Positions 19,630 to 28,900 of a DNA stretch of 64,000 bases are shown here, in pieces. Both the position numbers and the translations under genes were made by a program. The stretch covers positions 205 through 64,204 of the forward strand of contig CADAWC010000030.1 in NCBI GenBank assembly GCA_902791475.1, in the 5' to 3' direction. The notes beneath the pieces were generated by a model that searched no databases, was not told the DNA's origin, and saw only the letters and a program-made list of their open reading frames with translations. This DNA comes from Fibrobacter succinogenes. Its GTDB lineage: Bacteria > Fibrobacterota > Fibrobacteria > Fibrobacterales > Fibrobacteraceae. Numbering within the stretch: position 1 is the first letter of the stretch; the number at the start of each line of letters is the position of its first letter.

Positions 19630-20970
19630 ATGTCTCAGTTTAACGCTCATTTTAGAAACATCAACGGCGACGATACCTACCCGCTGACCGACGTCATTTA
19701 CCGCAGCAAGGTGGACGGTAGCCTGCTCGAAGTCGAACACGACCGCGCAGCACTCGCCAGCCGCAGCCCGGAAGAATGGAAGAAGCTCTTTGCCGAACGC
19801 CGCATGAGCTTTAAGCCCGAAGACATGAGTGGTATTTGGAGCAAGCGCGAAATGGTGCTCCCGGATATTCCGGTCGAAGACATCGTCACCATGCGCGAAG
19901 GCTGGAGCCCGCTCTTTGACGCAGCTCCGCTCGCCAAGGAACTCGGCATCGGAAGCCTCAAGGTAAAGCTTTGCGGCAACTCCCACACAGGTTCTTTCAA
20001 GGACCTCGGCATGACGGTTCTCGTGAGCCAGGTGAACCACATCATCAAGAAGGGCATCCACCCGATTGACGCCGTTGCTTGCGCTTCCACCGGTGATACT
20101 TCTGCAGCCCTCAGCGCCTACTGCGCCAAGGCAGGCATTCCTTCCATCGTGTTCCTCCCGGCCGGCAAGACCAGCACTGCACAGCTCATCCAGCCAATCT
20201 CTAACGGCAGCATCGTGCTAGCTCTCGACACCGACTTTGACGGTTGCATGAAGATCGTTCAGGAAGTTACGAAGGACAACCGCATTTACCTCGCCAACTC
20301 CATGAACAGCCTCCGCGTCGAAGGCCAGAAGACAATTTCTCCGGAAATCTGCCAGGAACTCGGCTGGACGGTGCCTGACACCGTGATTATCCCGGGCGGT
20401 AACCTCGGAAACGTGAGTGCACTCGCTAAGGGCTTCGAAGACTGCAAGGCCATGGGCCTCATCGACCGCATCCCGCGCATCATCGTCGCTCAGGCCGAAA
20501 ACGCCAATCCGTTCTACCAGGCATACGAACGTGGCTTCGACAAGCTCGTTCCGGTTCAGGCGAAGAAGACACTCGCATCTGCCATCCAGATCGGTAACCC
20601 GGTCAGCTACCCGAAGGCAGTTCGCGCCATCCAGAAGACAAACGGCATGGTCGTAAGTGTCTCTGAAGAAGAACTCGCGAACGCCGCCCACCGCGGCGAC
20701 CGCATCGGTCTCTACTGCTGCCCGCACACGGGTGTCGCTCTCGGCGCTCTCGAAAAGCTCGTCGCCGCAGGCAAGATTGCTAAGGACGAAAACGTCGTCG
20801 TCATCAGCACGGCACACGGCCTCAAGTTCACGGAATTCAAGGTCGGTTACCACGAACAGAAGCTCGAAAACATCGCAAGCAAGTACGCTAACCCGGTGTT
20901 CAAGGCTCCTGCCGAAATCGGTGCCGTTATGGACATCCTCACGAAGGAAATGGCAGCAAGACGCCGCTAA
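19630..20970 (+). CDS. thrC: Threonine synthase
   Basis: PLP-lysine motif HTGSFKDLG, CASTGDTSAA, NSMNSLRVEGQKT, PGGNLGN, ISTAHGLKF. Confidence 0.95.
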   Translation: MSQFNAHFRNINGDDTYPLTDVIYRSKVDGSLLEVEHDRAALASRSPEEWKKLFAERRMSFKPEDMSGIWSKREMVLPDIPVEDIVTMREGWSPLFDAAPLAKELGIGSLKVKLCGNSHTGSFKDLGMTVLVSQVNHIIKKGIHPIDAVACASTGDTSAALSAYCAKAGIPSIVFLPAGKTSTAQLIQPISNGSIVLALDTDFDGCMKIVQEVTKDNRIYLANSMNSLRVEGQKTISPEICQELGWTVPDTVIIPGGNLGNVSALAKGFEDCKAMGLIDRIPRIIVAQAENANPFYQAYERGFDKLVPVQAKKTLASAIQIGNPVSYPKAVRAIQKTNGMVVSVSEEELANAAHRGDRIGLYCCPHTGVALGALEKLVAAGKIAKDENVVVISTAHGLKFTEFKVGYHEQKLENIASKYANPVFKAPAEIGAVMDILTKEMAARRR

Positions 20971-20979
20971 TAGACACTT

Positions 20980-21007
20980 GTCATGCCCGCCACCGAGCGG
21001 GCATCTC
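20980..21007. repeat. GTCATGCCCGC-type REP-like palindrome
   Basis: GTCATGCCCGCCACCGAGCGGGCATCTC; near-identical ends at 42626 and 48418. Confidence 0.8.
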
Positions 21008-21013
21008 CCTTTC

Positions 21014-21041
21014 AAAAGCTCGCCAGTCGGCGAGCTTTTTT
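21014..21041 (+). terminator. thrC terminator
   Basis: AAAAGCTCGCC-AGTC-GGCGAGCTTTTTT. Confidence 0.9.
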
Positions 21042-21087
21042 GCAATCTCAAGAAGGCGATCCCGCCAATTGTAAGACGAGAAATTAT

Positions 21088-21160
21088 GGATCCTATCGCC
21101 TTCGGCTCCAGGATGACAGCTTCGGCATGGATCCTATCGGCTGACGCATCCAGGATAACA
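21088..21160. repeat. Two tandem GGATCC...CCAGGATGAC REP-like units
   Basis: GGATCCTATCGCCTTCGGCTCCAGGATGAC and GGATCCTATCGGCTGACGCATCCAGGATAAC. Confidence 0.7.
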
Positions 21161-21180
21161 GGCTGCGGAATGTCAATGCA

Positions 21181-21322
21181 TAAAAAAAAAGAGAAAGGGC
21201 TCTAGAAGAGCCCTTTCCTAAGAAGGAGAAAATATTGAGCGGTTTCCAGAACCTTGAACCTATCAGGAGGGGAGCAATGATAAAGTCGTTTCAGGATTTA
21301 CCTTTCCAACCATTCTCAACAC
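21181..21322 (-). ncRNA. Candidate small RNA (long stem-loop with CU-rich loop plus intrinsic terminator)
   Basis: Minus strand: TATATT -10-like box near 21326-21331, pairing TTGAG/CTCAA, GGTT/AACC, CCTGAA/TTCAAGG, TATCA/TGATA, then terminator GAAAGGGCTCT...AGAGCCCTTTC + U tract. Confidence 0.5.
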
Positions 21323-21465
21323 TCTAAATATACCAATTTGATAGGGGTCCGGTTCTTTCGTTTTTCTTATTTCTTCACTTAATAAAATTTACCTTTCTTA
21401 CCTTTTACTACCAACAATAAATTTTGATTTACAATCAGTATAAAATTAGTTAGAACAAAGTAATT

Positions 21466-22773
21466 TTATTCTTCCCTGAAGATGATTTTGCATTTCGGAA
21501 CGAAGCGGAATCCACCACGACGATGGCGTTCGATTTCGAAGTACTTCTTCACACCTTCACTCGGATGTTCCGGATCGTCAGAGCCATTGATATGGGCAAT
21601 AACGCGGTTCAACCTGCTCTCGAAGTTCGGGCGAAGGGGGTCCATGCAAATAGCCGGATCGCGCTTGAATTCGCGGTTTTCGTATTCTTCACGGCCGGTC
21701 ACAGTGTATTCGCGGAGCAAGTTGCGGAGGATTCGAGCCGGAACGTTACGCATGAGGTGTTTGCTGTTCACGGAAATCGAGTCATCGCTCTTGTAGTACA
21801 CGATTGTGACGGAATCGTTCATAGCATCGAGGAGCTGTTCATGAGCCTTCTGGATCGGAGCCCAAGCTTCGAATTCCTGCTTCACGACAGAGCTCATGAG
21901 CTTAAGGAACGGTTCGGAAGCGTTCACGTTAGCCTTGAAATTAAATTCAAGAATATAAGCCGGAGCACCGTAGTAGCAATCCTTTTCGATGAGGAGGGCG
22001 CCAGTCTTCGGGTCGCGGATGTCGGTCAGAGAACGGACGCAGCCAATGCTCTTTTCGACGTCGTTCTTCCATTCGAGGTTGTGTTCCTTGATGCAGTCTT
22101 CAAACGTTGCATGACGGCCAACAAGTTCACCCTTGATATAGACGCCGCCGTCTTCCTTCATTTCGGCAGGGACTCTATTTTCAAGAGCTTCAATAAACGA
22201 GGTCTGCGTGGCAAGGTAGCTAATGTGTTCGTATGCAGGCGTGTTCAAGAGGAGAGGTCCGATGTTGATCATGCTGCGGATCCAGCGCATCGGGTTCGCG
22301 GCGAGCACACCCGGAGTCTCGAACTGGAACGTGAAGTCCACCCTGCGATTGCCATCAATAACGTCGTTACGGAGGATGTTTGCCTTCGTAAGGAACGGGT
22401 AACGTTTCGGGATGATTTCCAAGCAGAGTTCGCGAGCATCTTCAGCAGAGTAGAACGAAGAGACGAACGGCAAGTAGGAGCGGAGAACGCTACGAGCGGG
22501 AACTGCTTCAAATGCAGCGCAACGCTTCACGATGCGTTCGATGAATTCATCAGGATTTTCACCGCGTTCGTACAACCACGCGACGATGTTGTCCATTATG
22601 AAACGGTAAGCGCTTTCATCTACGTATGAATCTTCGAAGTACAAATCATTTAGGAGTTTCACGTTGAATCGCGAATCTCGTTTGACCAAGGTCAAAATGT
22701 CCTTGACCGGGTAAGACATCAGTAATTCAATGTGTGCTAGCTGAAGGAATAGATTTGAAACCATTTCACTCAC
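21466..22773 (-). CDS. Putative transcriptional regulator with C-terminal winged-helix domain and unrecognised N-terminal sensor region
   Basis: C-terminus RNVPARILRNLLRE..GREEYENREFKRDP..NFESRLNRV..IERHRRGGFRF resembles the OmpR-like wHTH of GAF-sensor regulators. Confidence 0.55.
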   Translation of the reverse strand: MSEMVSNLFLQLAHIELLMSYPVKDILTLVKRDSRFNVKLLNDLYFEDSYVDESAYRFIMDNIVAWLYERGENPDEFIERIVKRCAAFEAVPARSVLRSYLPFVSSFYSAEDARELCLEIIPKRYPFLTKANILRNDVIDGNRRVDFTFQFETPGVLAANPMRWIRSMINIGPLLLNTPAYEHISYLATQTSFIEALENRVPAEMKEDGGVYIKGELVGRHATFEDCIKEHNLEWKNDVEKSIGCVRSLTDIRDPKTGALLIEKDCYYGAPAYILEFNFKANVNASEPFLKLMSSVVKQEFEAWAPIQKAHEQLLDAMNDSVTIVYYKSDDSISVNSKHLMRNVPARILRNLLREYTVTGREEYENREFKRDPAICMDPLRPNFESRLNRVIAHINGSDDPEHPSEGVKKYFEIERHRRGGFRFVPKCKIIFREE

Positions 22774-22873
22774 CTCACTTGTTCATAAAAATTCATTAGC
22801 TATATTTATAATATAGCAATCAAATATTAAAAAGTATATACAAAGAGCTACATATCTACATATAAAAGCGAAA

Positions 22874-24793
22874 ATGGCTGAAATTCACCTTTTATCCGAT
22901 GAAATCATCAATAAAATTGCTGCTGGCGAGGTCATTGAGCGCCCTGCATCGGCTGTCAAGGAACTTATAGAGAACGCAATCGACGCCGGAGCAACCCGAA
23001 TTCAAGTCCAGATTGAACAAGGTGGAAAGAAAAAAATCCAGGTCACAGACAACGGTAAGGGCATGGGAGCCGCCGATTTGGATCTGTGCTACCTCCGCCA
23101 CACTACATCCAAACTAACAAACGCAGACGACTTATTCCACCTCCATACAAATGGTTTCCGCGGTGAAGCAGTCGCCTCCATCGCAGCCGTTTCGAAGCTG
23201 ACCATCACGAGTGCCACGCAAGAAGGCGAAAGTGGCCGTATCGTCGTGAAGGGTGGCGAAGTTATCGAAAAAGAAGATATCCAGGCAAGCCGTGGCACCA
23301 CGTTTCTCGTTGAAGATTTGTTTTACAACACGCCCGTGCGCCGCACGTTCCTCGGCAGTGAAACGTCCGAGTGCTCCCGCATTTTAGACATTGTATTAAA
23401 GACCGCCATTTCGCACCCGGAAATCCGTTTTGACTATAAAGTTGGCGATAGGACGGTCTTCACAGGCGTTCCCGGAGAACTCCGCAGCCGCATCGCCGAA
23501 GCCATCGGTTCCAAGGTCGCCAAGGGTCTGCTCCCCGTTGATTACACCGAAGCAGGCGTCCATGTGACAGGCTATATCTCGCCCACGACCGAAACGAACG
23601 GCAAACGCAACCACCAGTTCCTTTTCATGAGGAACCGCCCCATCGAAAACAAGATGGTAAGCAAGGCTGTTTCGCAAGCGTACGAGCCGTATGGAGCACA
23701 GTGCAAGCCCGTAACGGTACTGTTCCTCGACATGCCGGACATGGAATTCGACATCAACGTGCACCCAGCCAAGCGTGAAGTCCGTTTCGCTAACGGGAAC
23801 TTGGTGTTCCTTGTCGTCACGCACGCCATCCGCGATACGTTTACTAAGGATTTGGAAGCGCACTCCCCCATCATCGACTTGAGCGATGAATTTATGGGAG
23901 GCCCGGCACCTGCAGCAGCTCCGGCCGTAAAGTCCGAGATGCCGGGAACTTTCGAGATGCCGGCACAGCCGCAAAACGACTTGCCATGGGAAAATCCGTT
24001 CCAGCAGGCAAAGCCATACGCCGCAGCATCTCAGCAGCCAAGTTTTGCAAGCAAGCCTTACACTCAACCGGCAAAACCTGCAAACACGCTTTCGGACAAA
24101 AAGTCTAAATACGACGTAAGCGACGATGTTCAGGATCTCTTTTCGCTCCCTGAATACGGCAAGATTATTTCGCTGGAACCCGACCACAGTAAGCCCGCTC
24201 CGCCTCCCGAGACGCCGTGGGCGCCGCCCTCGTTCTTCCAGATTGCAAACACGTATATCGCCGGCGAAGATTCCAATGGTCTATTGATTATCGACCAGCA
24301 CGCCGCCCACACGCGAGTGCTCTTTGAACAGGCAATGGAATCGCTCCAGAACAACATCATGCAGGACAGCCAGGAACTCCTGTTCCCGGAACTCATCGAC
24401 CTTTCCAAGCAAGAGAAAGAAATCTTCCGAAACGTCGATGAGCAACTGCGCAAGCTCGGATTCTTTGTCGAGCCGTTCGGAGGCGACACCTACCAGATCC
24501 GCTCGATTCCTAGTGCTCTCCCGCTTTCGCGTGCCGCCAAAGCGGTTCACGACTTCTTGAACGATGTCGACGAAAACGACACCAAGAATGACATGGTCAA
24601 GTTCCAGGAAGCAATTGCGAAATCCTGGGCAAAGACGAATGCTTACCAGGCGGGCGACAAGCTCAAGCCCGAAGAAATCACGGCACTCGTCGGCCAGTTG
24701 ATGATTACGCAGGATCCGCTCAAGTCCCCGTTCGGGAGCCCGACGCTCATGCGCTTAACGCTTGAGGAACTGAGCAAGAAATTCAGACACTAG
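22874..24793 (+). CDS. mutL: DNA mismatch repair protein MutL
   Basis: KIAAGEVIERPASAVKELIENAIDAGA, DNGKGM, RHTTSK, GFRGEAVASI, DINVHPAKREV. Confidence 0.97.
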   Translation: MAEIHLLSDEIINKIAAGEVIERPASAVKELIENAIDAGATRIQVQIEQGGKKKIQVTDNGKGMGAADLDLCYLRHTTSKLTNADDLFHLHTNGFRGEAVASIAAVSKLTITSATQEGESGRIVVKGGEVIEKEDIQASRGTTFLVEDLFYNTPVRRTFLGSETSECSRILDIVLKTAISHPEIRFDYKVGDRTVFTGVPGELRSRIAEAIGSKVAKGLLPVDYTEAGVHVTGYISPTTETNGKRNHQFLFMRNRPIENKMVSKAVSQAYEPYGAQCKPVTVLFLDMPDMEFDINVHPAKREVRFANGNLVFLVVTHAIRDTFTKDLEAHSPIIDLSDEFMGGPAPAAAPAVKSEMPGTFEMPAQPQNDLPWENPFQQAKPYAAASQQPSFASKPYTQPAKPANTLSDKKSKYDVSDDVQDLFSLPEYGKIISLEPDHSKPAPPPETPWAPPSFFQIANTYIAGEDSNGLLIIDQHAAHTRVLFEQAMESLQNNIMQDSQELLFPELIDLSKQEKEIFRNVDEQLRKLGFFVEPFGGDTYQIRSIPSALPLSRAAKAVHDFLNDVDENDTKNDMVKFQEAIAKSWAKTNAYQAGDKLKPEEITALVGQLMITQDPLKSPFGSPTLMRLTLEELSKKFRH

Positions 24794-25921
24794 TTCGCTA
24801 GAAGTCTTACCGACATCCAGAGCCTTGCGGAGACGCAAGGCTATTTCGTCTGCAGACCCAATATCTTGCTGGAAAAGTGCATCGACAATAGCATCGGCCA
24901 TGCGGTCGTTCAGCTTATGGCGAATGATAAATTCCGGAGTCACGCCGCAGCCAAAAATTGCATTCGGGAGCGACAGGAATTCGGACTTGACCATAAACTT
25001 GCCCATGGCGTACGTGAGGAAATCCGGCATCGTACAAGCGGCAAACGGAATCCCGACACAAGCCATTTCAAGCGTACTCGTACCAAACGACGTAATCGCC
25101 GCCGAATATGCCGAGTAAAAATTCAAACGTTCACTAATAAGCTTTGGAGCCACAACGACTTTTAGCCAGCTCGGTAGGCGCCCGTCATAAAGCTTTTCAA
25201 GCGCCACCAAAAGCGGCACTTCCAAATGTTCACGCGAAGCAACGACAATCACATCTGGGAGCGGTCCCACATTGCGTTCCGCCCACACATTGCGATACCT
25301 TTCAGCAACCGTTACAAAAGATGGCAAGTTGCGCAGAGCGCTATCACGGCGGCTTCCCGGCAAAAGCAACATGTCAGACCGAGGTTCAACCTGGTCATAA
25401 ACCCAACCTGCAATCGGATGCTTGATACGAACCGTTTCAACGCCCATCTGCTGGTAAGCCTTTGCTTCAATATCAAAGAATACCGCCAAACGGATATTGT
25501 TAGCTTGCTTAAAGAGGCTTGCCCGCTTGGATTTCCACGCCCAGACCTGCGGAGGCGCCACATAAAGCATGGGCTTTCCCCACTTTTTAGCAAGACGCGC
25601 AAGCTTCATGTTAAAGCCAGGATAGTCAATCGCCACAATGCCAAGGCATTTCTTGGATTCTGCGGCATCGCTCAAGACTTCAAAAATGTTCTTTAACGAG
25701 AAATACTTCGGCACCACATCGCCCACGCCCGAAACCGGGAGTTCGTTGTAATCCCACAAGGGCTGTAACCCTTTCTCCTGCATCAACGGACCGCCCAAGC
25801 CAATGACCTTAAAGCCCTGCTGCACGGCAGTCGACACCATCTCGGCGCCAATCATGTCGCCGGAATCCTCCCCTGCACAGAAGAGGATATAAGGAGAATT
25901 TTCTTCGTTAACGTTTTGCAC
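24755..25921 (-). CDS. lpxB: Lipid-A-disaccharide synthase
   Basis: AGEDSGD, IDYPGFN, YVAPPQVWAWK, LLPGSR, GTSTLE, SLPN. Confidence 0.93.
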   Translation of the reverse strand: MQNVNEENSPYILFCAGEDSGDMIGAEMVSTAVQQGFKVIGLGGPLMQEKGLQPLWDYNELPVSGVGDVVPKYFSLKNIFEVLSDAAESKKCLGIVAIDYPGFNMKLARLAKKWGKPMLYVAPPQVWAWKSKRASLFKQANNIRLAVFFDIEAKAYQQMGVETVRIKHPIAGWVYDQVEPRSDMLLLPGSRRDSALRNLPSFVTVAERYRNVWAERNVGPLPDVIVVASREHLEVPLLVALEKLYDGRLPSWLKVVVAPKLISERLNFYSAYSAAITSFGTSTLEMACVGIPFAACTMPDFLTYAMGKFMVKSEFLSLPNAIFGCGVTPEFIIRHKLNDRMADAIVDALFQQDIGSADEIALRLRKALDVGKTSSELVSEFLAQFLKR

Positions 25922-28900
25922 GATTCGATACCCAAACCTTCAGAGCGCCCAAATCTGTTTTAAGCCACTGCAACAATTCCTGAGTATATACAACTTTATA
26001 TTTTTTTAGGACAACGACATGTTCAAATCCGGAATCTGCCTCCAAATGGAACACCATTTGGCACCCATGGCAGTACTCATCGGCCAAATTGGCCTTCATT
26101 TCGACATCTAGCTTGTCCAAAAATTCATCTGTCAGCATGCCGACGGTGAAATTTGCATGGATGTAATCCACCATGTCGCAACGCACGCGGTCAAGCTGAA
26201 TCACTTCTTCGACGATAATCTGGTAGCCATCGCGGTCGCGCTGCTGTTCCAAGACACCCTTCACAAGCACGCGGTCATCGACAGAAACCGTATCGCGCAA
26301 GCGTTCCCAGACGTCCTTCTTGAAGAACATTTCGATTTCACCCTGGAAATCCTGGATTGCGCCAGAGCCAATCGTATCACCGCGCTTTGTTTCGATGGAG
26401 CGCATGCGAATAACGACACCGCCCACAACAACCGTATCGCCCACATAGCGGGTGATTTCGTCTTCCGAGAGCGAGCAGCTCGTAAATCCCTGTAATTCCG
26501 GGCGGAACTCGTCAAGCGGATGCCCAGAGAGGAAAAGCCCGAGCACGCTGCGTTCCTTGTTGAGCATTTCCATCGCCGTCCATTCTTCGGCTTCTTCCAG
26601 AACTTCGGCAGTGTTCGGCATGGCGGCAGGGCCACCCAAGTCAAACAGAGAGACCTGGCCTTTGGCCTTGTCTTCCTGACTGCGCATAGCGACTTCCAAA
26701 GCGCGGTCCACTGTCGCGACCTGCACAGCACGGCTACCCGGCAAATCGTCCAAGGCGCCCGCCATGATCAAGCATTCCAAAACCTTCTTGTTAAGCGGCG
26801 GGCGTTTTTCAGGCTGGGCCGCCTGGTATTCCGTCACACGCTTGCAAAAATCAAAAATATCCTTGTAGATGCCACGACGTTCGCGTTCCGCGACCACGTC
26901 TTCGACAACAGCAATACCCACGTTGCGGATACCCGCAAGACCGTAAAGAATCTGGCCCTTCGTATTCGCCGAGAACACGCCCAAAGACGTATTGATGTTC
27001 GGCGAAAGGACTTCGATACCGAGGCGCTTGCATTCCAAAATGATGGTCACCGTATCTTCGGTCTTACCCATCTTAGAAGTCATGGATGCCGCCATGTATT
27101 CCGGACCGTAATGCGTCTTGAGGTACGCCGTCTGGTAAGCCACGTAAGCGTAAGCAGCAGCATGGCTCTTGTTAAATGCGTATCCGCAGAACGGGAGCAC
27201 GGCATCCCAGACCTTCTGGATCATCGCCTTGTCGTAGCCCTTGTCCAAGCACTTCTGGAAGAATTCCGGCTCGAGCTTCGCCATCTTTTCCGGCATCTTC
27301 TTAGCCATGATACGGCGGATGTTGTCAGCGCCACCCAGCGAGTAGCCACCCAAAATCTGGGCAAGCTTCATCACCTGTTCCTGGTACACGATAACGCCGT
27401 ACGTTTCGCCAAGCACCTGTTCCAAGTCCGGATGGTAGCAGTCAATCTCTTCCTTACCGTTCTTACGGGCAATGAAGTGCGGAATCTGGTCAATCGGCCC
27501 CGGACGGTACAGGGCGTTCATAGCGATAAGGTCAAAGATTCGGGTCGGCTTCAGTTCGCGCAGGTACTTCTGCATACCCGGAGATTCGAACTGGAACACA
27601 GTTGTCGTAAGGCCCTTGCCCAAGAGATCAAACGTTGCCTTGTCATCAATCGGAATCTTGTTCATCACAAGCTTGATGTTGCGGTTCTGTTCGACCATCT
27701 TCACCGTATCCTGAATGATGGACAAGTTGATAAGCCCAAGGAAGTCCATCTTCAAAAGTCCGATGTCTTCGGCGTAGTGCTTATCGTACATCACCACCGG
27801 CGTATCTTCCGGGGCGGCACGATACAATGGCGCAAGGTTGTAAATCGGAGTCGGCGTAATCACCACGCCGCAAGCATGCACGCCCGTCTGGCGCGGCAAA
27901 TCTTCAAGCTTTTTCGCGACTTCCCACAAGTTCTGGTAACTAGCACGGCTGTTGATCATCGCCTGCAAAGGTTCCGGGCTGTAACCGTCTTCGAGGTTGT
28001 TGCCCTTCTTGTCCTTACCCGTCCAGGCCTGCTTTAGGCTAAAGTTCAAAGTGCGCTGCGGGAATAGCTTTGTAATGCCCTTTGCTTCGGCAGGCGGAAT
28101 CCCGAGCACGCGCGCAACGTCCGTAATCACCGCCTTCGACTTGAGCATACCGTAGGTAATAATCTGGCCCACGCACTCCTTGCCGTACTTGTCCGTCACG
28201 TACTGGATCACGCGGCCACGGTCTCGGTCCGCAAAGTCCGTATCGATATCCGGCATGGACACACGTTCCGGGTTCAGGAATCGTTCAAAAAGGAGGTCGA
28301 AAGTAAGCGGGTCAATGTCGGTAATACCGATGATGTAAGTGACCAAGGAACCAGCAGCAGAACCACGCCCCGGGCCCACGGGAATGCCATGTTCACGGGA
28401 CCAGTTGATGAAGTCCCACACAATGAGCAAGTAGCCCGCAACGTTCATGTTACGGATACAGTTAAGCTCCTTGTACATGCGCTTGCCCACGTTCGTTTCG
28501 TGAGCCGGGAACTTAAAATCTTCATCGGGGAATCGCCACTTCAAGCGTTCATTGCAAAGGTGGATGATATAGATATCGGAATCGGAACCCGGTTTGCACC
28601 AGCGGTGAACGTTCTTGTCCCATGCCTTCTGATCATCGGCATCGAAGAATTCCGGCTGCGAGAGGCGGTCGATTTCTGCATTGTCCGCATCGGTCAGCGC
28701 ATCTTCGGCAATGCCTTTTTCGGCACAGTAATTTGCCTTGACCTTCTTTTTGCGGTCCTTGATGACGCCCTTGAGTTCTCGTTCGCGGACGACCGGATAT
28801 TCCGCATCGTATTCCGCCTTCATGATGGCCTTGATGTTCTGGTATTCCTCGGAAGCGAGGAATTCATCAGGAATCTTGAAACGCGGCCAGAATTCATCAC

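Noticed and set aside
21277-21327. 16-codon ORF MIKSFQDLPFQPFSTL after a strong AGGAGG (possible type I toxin)
   Set aside because: Not hydrophobic or toxin-like; the RBS-like sequence is better explained as the complement of the sRNA's CU-rich loop, though it is not excluded
21523-22629. 368-aa plus-strand ORF
   Set aside because: Antisense to the regulator gene, which has the coherent domain signal
28590-28865. Intein in DnaE
   Set aside because: No Cys/Ser start, no His-Asn end, too short, and not at a known DnaE intein site I recognise
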